A DNA stretch of 44,978 nucleotides from a virus (lineage: Duplodnaviria > Caudoviricetes): IMG/VR virus record IMGVR_UViG_3300002092_000072, positions 1 through 44,978 of that record. One strand, written 5' to 3'. A program made the position numbers and the translations under genes. Positions 35,502 to 44,074 of this stretch are shown here, piece after piece (the stretch's first letter is position 1; every line of letters begins with the position of its first letter). The notes below the pieces were generated by a model. The model saw only the letters and a list, made by a program, of their open reading frames with translations. It did not search any database and was not told where the DNA came from.

Positions 35502-35775
35502 TAGGCATCCGTATAACTGTTCCTGGAGCTATGTTGGTAAAATCAGGTATTTGCGGATTAAACTCAGGTATAATCCACCAATATTCTGGATTTTTATAAT
35601 AGGTATTAGCAAGTTGATCTAAGCGCTCACCCTCAACGTAAGTGTGTTCGTGATAGGTAACCTGACCAAGCCTATTTGAGTAATAAAATACAATTGGGTT
35701 CGGGTGTGATACTGATTTAGTCGCTACAAAATCAACTACAGAATACTCGTATCTAGAGCCTTTAAATATAGTCAT
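35494..35775 (-). CDS. LysM-like / tail X baseplate protein
   Basis: GERLD.LA..YY..P..WW.I...NP......PG..I..P. Confidence 0.85.
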   Translation of the reverse strand: MTIFKGSRYEYSVVDFVATKSVSHPNPIVFYYSNRLGQVTYHEHTYVEGERLDQLANTYYKNPEYWWIIPEFNPQIPDFTNIAPGTVIRMPNV

Positions 35776-35777
35776 AG

Positions 35778-36917
35778 TTACCCATTCCTAACGCCATCAC
35801 TATTTAAAGATACACGAGAAAATGCGTTAAATTGAACTGTTACATCAGAGTGGATAGGTATCATGTCTTCTGTAAATCTATTGTGAGAAACATTAATTGT
35901 TTCAACCCATCCAATATAAGACAAACTATCTGGGTTGGGTCCAAATCTAACAGCAATTGCGGTTGGTGATAAGAAACCAAGCTCTGCTGTTTCTTGTCCT
36001 AACCCATTTAACCATTTTTGACCGCCCTGTCCAGAGCCATTAATGGTTCTGTATATATACTCAATGTCAGCCAATGTCCCGCGATGCATTAGTTCTTTAA
36101 ACTTTACATTAAACCCTTCGGAGGTATCTCCTGGATAACCGTTCCTATAAAATTGTTCAAAATTTGTTCCGCCATTGCTGTAAAGAGCTTTTGCACAAGC
36201 AAAATCATTTACTCTATCTATAGTAATAGTAAACTGCATGGCTTCCATAGCAGTAAACAGCCCATTAAGCGCTGCATATTTATCAAGGTTGCTTGGTATA
36301 ACGCTAGAGTTTCTGGTCATTGTAGTTGTAATAGATTCTGGGTTCCATAAGAATTGAAAACCCCAGTTTGTGTCAGCCTCTGTAGTTTTGTATTCAACAG
36401 TTCCAAGTGTTTTTCCACTGGCGTCCGTTACAACTTTTGCAGATAAATCTTGAGCTCCTGAGGGGTTAAGTACTCCAGACTTTTTTTGAACGTCTGCTGA
36501 TCCATAGAACCACATAATAGCTCTACGTGTGTCGTGTGAGGCAGGTATGCCCGCGTTAGTTCCTGTTCCCATATCAGGTTGTTTTAAAGGCAAGCTCATA
36601 GAATGCGGAGGAAGGTTAAATTTTACTTGCTCAGGCAAAGTATAAACAATTTTACTGTCTGCAGAAGGCACTTTACAAGTAGGAAGGTCCTGGATAGCTA
36701 AATAAGGCGTACCTGCTGGAGTGTATTTAACACCTTGATTTGGAAAATTTGACGCTCCTGCAGTAATATCACTAACTATTGTGCTTGTTTGTGAAACTCT
36801 TGTAAAAAGAATAGTGCCTGTATAACCCCTAACCCCTGTTGTGGTTATTGGTTTTCCAGTTATGGGGTTTATAATATTAGTAGCTTTTATAGCGCTTTTT
36901 CCAGAGTTTAAATCCAT
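35778..36917 (-). CDS. tail tube initiator-like baseplate protein
   Basis: FQFLWNPESI...F..DMIP...V; lies between tape measure and LysM gene. Confidence 0.65.
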   Translation of the reverse strand: MDLNSGKSAIKATNIINPITGKPITTTGVRGYTGTILFTRVSQTSTIVSDITAGASNFPNQGVKYTPAGTPYLAIQDLPTCKVPSADSKIVYTLPEQVKFNLPPHSMSLPLKQPDMGTGTNAGIPASHDTRRAIMWFYGSADVQKKSGVLNPSGAQDLSAKVVTDASGKTLGTVEYKTTEADTNWGFQFLWNPESITTTMTRNSSVIPSNLDKYAALNGLFTAMEAMQFTITIDRVNDFACAKALYSNGGTNFEQFYRNGYPGDTSEGFNVKFKELMHRGTLADIEYIYRTINGSGQGGQKWLNGLGQETAELGFLSPTAIAVRFGPNPDSLSYIGWVETINVSHNRFTEDMIPIHSDVTVQFNAFSRVSLNSDGVRNG

Positions 36918-36919
36918 TT

Positions 36920-38863
36920 TTATTTTGTTCCTATCTTCTTAACAGTATCTGCAACTACTTGTCCTGTCTTCTTTGGATCAGTTGCACCTGTAACGTTAAT
37001 AGTTATGCCCCCATAGTTATAGTTAGTTGTAGATGCTCCACCAGCAGACCCACCAAAAGCGGTAGCCCTAGCTGCAGCAAATCTAGCGGAGGCCGTTGGG
37101 TCCGTTGTAGCTGTTATGCTTGAGATAGCACTTCCCGCGCTAGTGTTGCTAGAACCGCTGGTACCGCCATCTGTAATTCCTAATTTCTTTGAAGTATTTG
37201 TCCATGCATTTGACCACACAGTTCCACCATGAGAAATGTCGTATGCAATTTTTGCATTGATAAGTGGATCATAAAGACTCTGTGGTCCTTTATATCCAAT
37301 AGCAGCATATTCTTTTAAGTATTGAGCGTTTCTAGCTTTACCCAAAGAACCGATCATATTAATTTGGAATAGACCTTCTGAATAATCTCCAGTGCTAGCG
37401 TTTGGGTTTAAGGCCCCTGGACGACCACCAGATTCTAGTTTAGCTACTTGGAAAGCAGTATTTAAAGATTCTCCCTTAAACCCAGCTGCCATAAGTGTGC
37501 TTCTTAGTTGATCATCTGTAAGAGCTTTTTTTCCTCCAGAAGCTCCATAAGAAGAAACTCCTCCGCCGCCCGCTCTAAACATCCCATTAGGAATAATTGT
37601 GCCATCTGTTTTAGGAACAAATAGTTCAGGCCCTTTTTCACCAACAACGTATGGTGTGCTTCCGCCCACTGGTCCACCAGCTGCTCGTCCACCTATTCCT
37701 TTTAATCCACTTAAGAATCCATTAGATCCTGAAAGAGCTGACGCTAAAGCACTCATAGAAGCAGCTAACCGATTCATCCCCGTACCTATGTCAGCAGCGC
37801 CAGCAGCACCACCAGCAGCCGCGGCAGAAGTTGATACAAGAACACCTGTTTGAGCCGCTGTTTGGCTAGCTATGTTTCTAGAGGCCGCTGACTGAATGCC
37901 AGCGCTAACCATTTGGTCTTTAGTAATAGACGCTAAAGGTTTTCCACCAAATTCTGCTTTAGCAAGAAGCATATTTTTAATAATAGCAAAAGTGCTTGGG
38001 TCTCCACCAACAAGGCCGTTAACCATGTTGTACAAGCCGTAACCAGGCTGTAAAGAAAATTCCATATCTTTTTTATTTAAACCTTGAGCGCCTGTAGTTT
38101 GTCTTAAGTAATTCCAGATTTTATCTACAAGCTGAGGAAGAGGCAACATGTTTCCACCAGAATCGCGGATATTAATACCGATTGTTCTAGCCAAGTTAAC
38201 TGTAGTAGGAGCGTTTAATACCCCACCAACACTAGCTGTAACCGCCTCAACACCCATTCCAGGAACAAAGTTAGAAGCTTGAGCAACCCCTTGCATGACT
38301 TGATTAAAGTTATTTGCACCAGTTAAACCAGAAGATTGAGCTTGAGCTAAAGCTCTTGTGCTATCCATTGCGTTAATTGCAGTGCCATTATTTGCAATGC
38401 TTTTCTGTAAAGAACGAACAGCGCCAGTTCTGTCTTGAAGGCTTCCTGTGTAACCGCCTTGACCATAAAAAGCAGAACGTTGAGTCAGTAGGTCTTGCAG
38501 TACAGCGGTGTTAGTTCCAGGTAAAAAGTTAGATATAGCATCCATACCAGCTAAAGCAGTAGCTCCAGCAGCAATTCGTCCGCCCCCGTTACCCCCTGCT
38601 CCGCTATTGGCTATTCTATTAGAAGCACTACCGCCTCCACCAGACCCACTTGGCGCCCCATTATCAGCAACAACATTGGCACCTCCTGAACGACCGTTAG
38701 CATTAGGGCGAGATGACTTTAATAGATCAGACATCTTTTGAAGTTGAGGAAGAACTTGGTTTTGTACAACCGTGCCTATTCCTAGGAGGTCTTGTTTAAT
38801 GTTAACAATAGACTGATGGGTATTAGACCATAGCCCCATAGACGCCTTACTATCGGCCGCCAT
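36920..38863 (-). CDS. tape measure protein with lytic transglycosylase (SLT-like) domain
   Basis: Ala/Gly-rich; RAAGGPV...VGEKGPELFVP; ESGG...N...GLFQIN...DP..NA. Confidence 0.88.
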   Translation of the reverse strand: MAADSKASMGLWSNTHQSIVNIKQDLLGIGTVVQNQVLPQLQKMSDLLKSSRPNANGRSGGANVVADNGAPSGSGGGGSASNRIANSGAGGNGGGRIAAGATALAGMDAISNFLPGTNTAVLQDLLTQRSAFYGQGGYTGSLQDRTGAVRSLQKSIANNGTAINAMDSTRALAQAQSSGLTGANNFNQVMQGVAQASNFVPGMGVEAVTASVGGVLNAPTTVNLARTIGINIRDSGGNMLPLPQLVDKIWNYLRQTTGAQGLNKKDMEFSLQPGYGLYNMVNGLVGGDPSTFAIIKNMLLAKAEFGGKPLASITKDQMVSAGIQSAASRNIASQTAAQTGVLVSTSAAAAGGAAGAADIGTGMNRLAASMSALASALSGSNGFLSGLKGIGGRAAGGPVGGSTPYVVGEKGPELFVPKTDGTIIPNGMFRAGGGGVSSYGASGGKKALTDDQLRSTLMAAGFKGESLNTAFQVAKLESGGRPGALNPNASTGDYSEGLFQINMIGSLGKARNAQYLKEYAAIGYKGPQSLYDPLINAKIAYDISHGGTVWSNAWTNTSKKLGITDGGTSGSSNTSAGSAISSITATTDPTASARFAAARATAFGGSAGGASTTNYNYGGITINVTGATDPKKTGQVVADTVKKIGTK

Positions 38864-38865
38864 AT

Positions 38866-39016
38866 CTACCTCCTACCTCGTTTAGCTCTTTCTAACCAGT
38901 TCCAGCGTTCTCTAACAGATAACTGCTTTATATCCTGTAAAGTCCATCCAGTAAAAGTTCTTGTTAAGACCTCGTACTGATCTAGCAAGTTCTCGTAATC
39001 TTTTTCTTTATATGCG
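38866..39016 (-). CDS. tail assembly chaperone C-terminal extension (probably reached by +1 frameshift)
   Basis: GWTL.DI..LS.RER..W motif; no convincing start; in +1 frame across the chaperone stop. Confidence 0.6.
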
Positions 39017-39799
39017 AAACAAATCAACAAGGCTAAGTGGAAAAGCAATTTTTTCTCCACATGCCTGACAGACCTTGTTCACCTCCCCAAGGCGTGGGCC
39101 TGGGTTACGATCTAAGACCTGTTCAATAATCTTTCCTCTATCCGCAATTCCAAGGTTAAGCACAGTACTGGCTCCCATAGAAGGTTCATCATTTACCGAA
39201 ATAACACATCCAGCTAATAACATTGTGTTGATTTCGGCTGAAGATTTATCAACATTCTCAAAAAGCTTTTTTTGTGTTACTCCTGTAGGAAGACTAACCG
39301 TTGCATAACCTTTTTTTGTTTTTACTTGCCAAGTTCTATCTGTTACGGGGTCCTTTAACTTTTTTACAGGAACGTCTGTTGTTAGGTCTATCGTTACATC
39401 CTGTTGTGTAGAGCAGTTTGCGCAGGTGATGTTGTAGTCAACTGTTTCACCAAAAGTTACACGTCGTATACCTAATAAGATTGCGTCACGATCACCAGAT
39501 AAAAGATTATCTAAATCTTCTGATGTAGCTTCTTTATTCCCAAGCTTTACAAGACCTCGTTGCAATAGAAGATTAAGAGCTTTTCCAGTAGTAGCTACTT
39601 TAGATATTGCTTCTTCATCTAACCCGTTAAGCTCTCTTACCTCTGCAGTTGTTACCAACTGACCGTTTTGTAATAAACCCCCAGGTAAAGAAATTTCTGG
39701 GCCTGAAGGTGCCTGAGTCTCAACTTTGAGATCAGGCTCCTCCATAGCTTGTTGTGCAAACTTATTGATTAGTTCCGCATCTGTTATAACTTGTGTCAC
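39008..39799 (-). CDS. tail assembly chaperone (T4 gp26-like with Zn motifs)
   Basis: LPGG...VREL.G.DEE, L..GDRD..L..IR..T.G, CxxC x2; between tube and tape measure. Confidence 0.8.
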   Translation of the reverse strand: MTQVITDAELINKFAQQAMEEPDLKVETQAPSGPEISLPGGLLQNGQLVTTAEVRELNGLDEEAISKVATTGKALNLLLQRGLVKLGNKEATSEDLDNLLSGDRDAILLGIRRVTFGETVDYNITCANCSTQQDVTIDLTTDVPVKKLKDPVTDRTWQVKTKKGYATVSLPTGVTQKKLFENVDKSSAEINTMLLAGCVISVNDEPSMGASTVLNLGIADRGKIIEQVLDRNPGPRLGEVNKVCQACGEKIAFPLSLVDLFRI

Positions 39800-39822
39800 G
39801 ATTTATTCTCCTATGTTAGTTA

Positions 39823-40497
39823 TTAAAGGGGTTTAGCAGATCCAATGCCACTACCGCCAGCAGCAGGTACGGTTGGAGTTATTACCTTTGCTTCACTTGT
39901 AGTAACAAACCCAGCTGCTAGGCCTTCATGTACTAGGGTCATGGTCTCAAACAAGATAGCTCCATTTGTAGCATCTAAGTCTGAGTAGTTTAGCGAAGTA
40001 ATAAACGCATTATAGATCTTAAACTGCATCTTAGGGCGCTCTTGTGATGGGTTTGTGTTGGGATGATCATTTACCGTTAAAGTAATGTTTACACGGAAAT
40101 TTGCTGCAGTTGTACCATTAAGACCAGTACCCGCTGCGGCTGCAAACAAACCACGCATCCATGTCAATGCCTGATCGCTACCATACATAACTCCACGAGT
40201 GAAGGTAATAGGTTGGAAGGTAGTCATTCCAGGAATCTGGTGGACAGTGGTGTTATAGCCACCTTCACGGTATTGAATAGCCTGAGTATCAATTCTCAAA
40301 CCGCTCACGTTAGTGAAGCCGCCTACCCAACCAAGAGAAGAACCAGCTGTAGTTGTACCTGAAGCATCTGCGTCTACAATTCTTTTGTCAAACGCGTCTC
40401 CAGCTGAAGATATTTCAAATGTAGCAGAGAACCTAAAACCGCGTAGCGGGTCAGTAGCAATGCTAGAGTTAAATGTGTTTAATTGTGAACTTGCCAT
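39823..40497 (-). CDS. tail tube protein (T4 gp19-like)
   Basis: DPLR.FRF, GF..VSGL, YREGG...PG....PITF.RG, E.MTLVHEG. Confidence 0.92.
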   Translation of the reverse strand: MASSQLNTFNSSIATDPLRGFRFSATFEISSAGDAFDKRIVDADASGTTTAGSSLGWVGGFTNVSGLRIDTQAIQYREGGYNTTVHQIPGMTTFQPITFTRGVMYGSDQALTWMRGLFAAAAGTGLNGTTAANFRVNITLTVNDHPNTNPSQERPKMQFKIYNAFITSLNYSDLDATNGAILFETMTLVHEGLAAGFVTTSEAKVITPTVPAAGGSGIGSAKPL

Positions 40498-40512
40498 TGT
40501 TATTTATCTCCT

Positions 40513-42033
40513 TTATGCCACAGTAACGGTGGTTCCACCGCTGTACTGACCGATGTTGATTACTACAAACTCAGTTGGACGCTGCAATGCAACACCCACC
40601 TGAATGTTTAGGTACCCGTTGTCAATAGCAGACTGCGGGTTATTATCTGCGTCACACTTTACAAAGTATGCTGCCGATGGTGTTGATCCTGTCAAACCTC
40701 CTTGAGACCAGAAGCTTGTCAAAAACGTACTTAAAGATGCATTAATTCGGTTCCATAGACGTGGGTCATTTGGCTCAAACAATGCAAAGTTGGTTAGGTC
40801 GCGTAGGGATTTTTCTAGATAAATTAATGTACGACGTACAGGTACATAACGGTCTACATAACCAGGCTTTAATGTACGAGAACCAAAGACTACAATTCCA
40901 GAACCTGGGATGTAACGGATCGCGTTTACTGGCGCAGCAGATGAGTTAAGGTTATCAAGGTCACTGTTGCTAAGTGGGGTTACAGACACTGCTCCAGCAA
41001 TACGGGTTTGTAGACCCGCTGGTGCTTTAAATACCCCACGAAAAGTATCGGTGGCGCAATAGATACCTACCACAGCTGCTCCAGCTCCAACTGTTTTTAC
41101 CGCACCTGCTGCAGAACCTACTCCAACAGTCGGGTCAGAGATTGTGATCTGTGGGTAATAAACAGCGGCATAAGATGTGGCTGTGTATGAAAGAGAAGTA
41201 GTTAGCTGATTATCTGCTGTATCATTAATACCATCAACTACAACAAATACGTCGTTTAGACGAGTTTCACCTGTTGCATAAGAAATAGCGGCGTTGATTG
41301 TATTTGCGTCTGTATACCCTGGGATGTTAAGGATAAGAGATTCGCGAATAGTATCTAGCTGTGTAAACTGAGCAGCAATAGCTGTTCCGTTTACGGCGCT
41401 TCCCTCCGTACCAGTAGAAAGTGCTTGGTTAGCAACTACAGAAGGATTTCTATTCGCTCCAGTAGCTGTGCTTGCTAAGTCTGCAGCAACAACCCACGCG
41501 TTTGCAGTATCGTTGTTAATTACATTAACTGCATATCTAGCGTTAGTGACTGTCATAGATAGATCGGTCCATTGAGCAACAATATTACCTGCTGTTGTAC
41601 CGTTGTAATAAACAACTAAGTTAAAGTAACCAGCGGTAAGAGAATTTGTAATGCTTACATTAAGGTTATTTCCCCATTTACCAGGGTTTTTAGCAGCAAT
41701 GCTCAGTGTGCTAGCTGGAGAAACTTGACGGTCGCTGAATGTACGAATCGCCGTTCCTGCAGTGTCCCCTGCTACGCGTGTTACATAGCACTGGCTTCCA
41801 CCATTTGCAAAGAACATGTAAACGCCAAGTGGAAGGTCATTAGATTGATCTGTGTTCCAAGAGCCAAATATATCTGTGTATTTGCCCCAAGATGTAACTA
41901 AAGTAGGTACGACTGGACCCCTGTCATTGGCGCCAAAAAATGCACCAACAGATGTAGAAGAAGGACCAACAATAGGTTGGATAGGGTTTAACGTTTCCTG
42001 AACGTATACCCCTGGACGTGAGTACGATGCCAT
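40513..42033 (-). CDS. tail sheath protein
   Basis: PGVYVQE, FFANGG..CYV.RV, GVFKAPAG, N.IR..PG.G, VRR, FEPND, P.EFV. Confidence 0.96.
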   Translation of the reverse strand: MASYSRPGVYVQETLNPIQPIVGPSSTSVGAFFGANDRGPVVPTLVTSWGKYTDIFGSWNTDQSNDLPLGVYMFFANGGSQCYVTRVAGDTAGTAIRTFSDRQVSPASTLSIAAKNPGKWGNNLNVSITNSLTAGYFNLVVYYNGTTAGNIVAQWTDLSMTVTNARYAVNVINNDTANAWVVAADLASTATGANRNPSVVANQALSTGTEGSAVNGTAIAAQFTQLDTIRESLILNIPGYTDANTINAAISYATGETRLNDVFVVVDGINDTADNQLTTSLSYTATSYAAVYYPQITISDPTVGVGSAAGAVKTVGAGAAVVGIYCATDTFRGVFKAPAGLQTRIAGAVSVTPLSNSDLDNLNSSAAPVNAIRYIPGSGIVVFGSRTLKPGYVDRYVPVRRTLIYLEKSLRDLTNFALFEPNDPRLWNRINASLSTFLTSFWSQGGLTGSTPSAAYFVKCDADNNPQSAIDNGYLNIQVGVALQRPTEFVVINIGQYSGGTTVTVA

Positions 42034-42051
42034 TAAATTATCTCCTTAGAT

Positions 42052-42699
42052 TTAGGCGGGATTAACAAATGATGGGACGGGTTGTAGGCTGGCTGGGATA
42101 TACGATGTAGTAGTGTTTAGACGTACGCTCTCTACTTGCTTAGTAGCAGTTGCTGCCTCTAGAGGCGTCATCTGGCTAATTACACGTACTGAGAGCACGT
42201 TTCGCAAAAGGCGGCGGTTTCCAGTTTCTCCGTCAACCGCATCTCTTTTTACAAACCCATCAAGAAACATAGTTCGGCTGCTGGTCTCAGTACCTAGTTC
42301 ATTAGGCACAAGAAGGTAACCGTACTTTGATGGAAACTTATTCATTAACTGAAACATGATTGCTCGGTCATGACGAGGGTGACGGCAGTAAGAGCTAATT
42401 TGATATACAAGATCATAGGCAACAGGAACAGTATATGTATACGAATACCCCGATACAGGAGCAATAGTTCCTTGGTAGTCTGAGTCTGTAAGGTAGCCGT
42501 AAGTCTGTCTTTCGTTTGCAGGAACAATATCAATAAGATCAATAGTAATAAATGGAAAGTCTTGAGTACGAATTTCTACATCTGGATATCCAAACCACAC
42601 TTTTACAGGGCGGGCTTGGTTGTTATCGTCGCTTACGGTAAGGCCTTGCGTATGAGTTTTAAGTGCTAAGTCCTCAGCAATAATAAATGGATTACCCAT
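42052..42699 (-). CDS. tail completion/terminator protein
   Basis: Immediately upstream of sheath; FPFITI.L...P...DL.YQI. Confidence 0.65.
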   Translation of the reverse strand: MGNPFIIAEDLALKTHTQGLTVSDDNNQARPVKVWFGYPDVEIRTQDFPFITIDLIDIVPANERQTYGYLTDSDYQGTIAPVSGYSYTYTVPVAYDLVYQISSYCRHPRHDRAIMFQLMNKFPSKYGYLLVPNELGTETSSRTMFLDGFVKRDAVDGETGNRRLLRNVLSVRVISQMTPLEAATATKQVESVRLNTTTSYIPASLQPVPSFVNPA

Positions 42700-43037
42700 C
42701 AGAGCACCCCTAACTCAGCAAGTAATTGAGGAAGTATTATGTCTTGTAAAACTTGGTTAACAATGTTAGGGGCCCTTAAAAGAAAAGGTCTAATAGCTGC
42801 ATTAGGCATAGAGTTAAGATTTCCGTACTCAAGATCGCCAATTTCATCGTCCATCTCATCAGGGTACGTTACAAAAAGGGTGTAATCTTTATCTACAGAG
42901 ACCTCAAGGTTTGCAATAAAGTTAGCAGGCCAGCCTGAGTTATAAGCTGTAGTACGAAGGTACTCTGTAAGAAGAGGAACAATATCTTCTATGGCTACAT
43001 CACAGAGTTGTTCTATATCAACGTTTGCGAGTAGCAC
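42699..43037 (-). CDS. hypothetical protein, possible neck/tail completion
   Basis: LEYG....P....RPF motif typical of HK97 gp10-like proteins. Confidence 0.55.
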   Translation of the reverse strand: MLLANVDIEQLCDVAIEDIVPLLTEYLRTTAYNSGWPANFIANLEVSVDKDYTLFVTYPDEMDDEIGDLEYGNLNSMPNAAIRPFLLRAPNIVNQVLQDIILPQLLAELGVL

Positions 43038-43167
43038 TTTTTACCACCTTAGCCGCGATATACGTTGCCACTCCTGCTTTTAGAAAAAGATGCTTATCCT
43101 TGTCGGGAAGGTTATCAACGATACCTTCTTCAAACAATCTGTACGATGGTTTATCTGTACTAGACAC
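43018..43167 (-). CDS. 49-aa protein (MSSTDKPSYRLFEEG...), not in ORF track
   Basis: AGGAG before GTG; first ORF of the tail operon. Confidence 0.65.
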   Translation of the reverse strand: MSSTDKPSYRLFEEGIVDNLPDKDKHLFLKAGVATYIAAKVVKSATRKR

Positions 43168-43237
43168 GGACGTCTCCTAAAGAGTGCAAAGTATTTCGCA
43201 GGGGTGGTACTTAGTTCCCCGCATGGGAACTACTATA

Positions 43238-43243
43238 AGGATA
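43238..43243 (-). promoter_or_regulatory. -10 element TATCCT heading the tail operon
   Basis: Just downstream of a terminator; same TATCCTT as at 9183-9189. Confidence 0.55.
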
Positions 43244-43250
43244 AAGCAAA

Positions 43251-43271
43251 AGAGCCCCTGTCAGGGGCTCT
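43251..43271 (-). terminator. intrinsic terminator
   Basis: AGAGCCCCTG/CAGGGGCTCT inverted repeat followed by a U run on the minus strand. Confidence 0.9.
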
Positions 43272-43276
43272 AATGG

Positions 43277-43519
43277 TTACTTCTTTTTAATCTTCTTAGC
43301 TAGTGCCTTATCCATCTTGGCATCTTCCTTAGCTGATGGCTTCTTTGCATCCATCTTCTTATCGGCTTTTTTAAAGGCGCCCTTTTGCTTAGGAGACATG
43401 CCCTTCATAACCTTGGCATCCTGCTTCTTATCTTTAGCACCAACACAAGTAGGGCATTTGCACTTACAACCCGCTGCTGGCTTTCCTGGCTTACAACCGC
43501 AACCACACTTAGCGCACAT
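43277..43519 (-). CDS. Cys-rich plus Lys-rich small protein
   Basis: MCAKCGCGC...CKCKCPTC then repeats of KxDxKM. Confidence 0.75.
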   Translation of the reverse strand: MCAKCGCGCKPGKPAAGCKCKCPTCVGAKDKKQDAKVMKGMSPKQKGAFKKADKKMDAKKPSAKEDAKMDKALAKKIKKK

Positions 43520-43680
43520 TATTTCTTCTTCTTTCCACGAAGCATGGCAAAGTCTTTGCCATCTAGCTCTCCATTTTTGTCCATATCAAGTTTGCTCTGC
43601 TTACCTGTCATCTTCTTTGCAGGTGCTTTTTTAGCTGACTTCTTAGCGGGCTTTTTACCGCATCCACATGTTGCACACAT
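43519..43680 (-). CDS. Lys-rich protein with MCxxCGC start and EF-hand-like loop (53 aa)
   Basis: MCATCGCG; DMDKNGELDGKDF; start 43680 follows the upstream stop. Confidence 0.75.
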   Translation of the reverse strand: MCATCGCGKKPAKKSAKKAPAKKMTGKQSKLDMDKNGELDGKDFAMLRGKKKK

Positions 43681-43681
43681 A

Positions 43682-43852
43682 TTACTTACCTTTTTTCTTA
43701 CGGGCAGCTGCAATATTGTCAACTGCGTTTGGGTATGGACGGCCAGCGGCCTTTGCCTTAGCTCGGGCTGATGCTTTTTGGCTCTTGCTTAGTTTACTAT
43801 GCTTACCCCCATCAGGGTCCCTCTTATCCCAAATAGGTTTTTCTTTAGCCAT
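43682..43852 (-). CDS. 56-aa basic protein (MAKEKPIWDK...GRPYPN.VDN), not in ORF track
   Basis: TAATG coupling, AAGGA RBS. Confidence 0.75.
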   Translation of the reverse strand: MAKEKPIWDKRDPDGGKHSKLSKSQKASARAKAKAAGRPYPNAVDNIAAARKKKGK

Positions 43853-43953
43853 TACTTATCCTTCTTTGCTTGTTTTGCGGCGCGCTTCTCTTTAAGAGTC
43901 ATTTTTGGCTCTTTTTTCTGGTTAGCGTTTCCCTTTTGTTCTTTGTTTGCCAT
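43852..43953 (-). CDS. 33-aa basic protein (MANKEQKGNANQKKEPKMTLKEKRAAKQAKKDK), not in ORF track
   Basis: AAAGGA RBS; TAATG coupling downstream. Confidence 0.65.
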   Translation of the reverse strand: MANKEQKGNANQKKEPKMTLKEKRAAKQAKKDK

Positions 43954-44074
43954 CTTTTTTATCCTTTACTTTCTTAGGTAGCTTGCCTTTGGGTGTTTCT
44001 TTCTGCCATTGGCGTGCCATCTTAGGATGAGTAGCGTACATCCAACCCTTTTGCGCTTGTGATTTAAACGGCAT
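43922..44074 (-). CDS. 50-aa basic protein (MPFKSQAQKGWMYATHP...), not in ORF track
   Basis: TAATG overlap with the upstream gene. Confidence 0.75.
   Translation of the reverse strand: MPFKSQAQKGWMYATHPKMARQWQKETPKGKLPKKVKDKKDGKQRTKGKR

Noticed and set aside
28980-42699. Tail cluster as a bacterial eCIS/tailocin
   Set aside because: Contiguous with a full phage replisome and phage-style small ORFs; no host housekeeping genes
43168-43243. tRNA, ribozyme or known riboswitch in the tail-operon leader
   Set aside because: No cloverleaf, hammerhead core or recognisable aptamer consensus by eye
904-43981. Many plus-strand and nested ORFs in the track (e.g. 904-1224, 8279-8611, 28069-28269, 37599-37853, 43317-43634)
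   Set aside because: Antisense or out-of-frame shadows of well-supported minus-strand genes, without RBS or motifs
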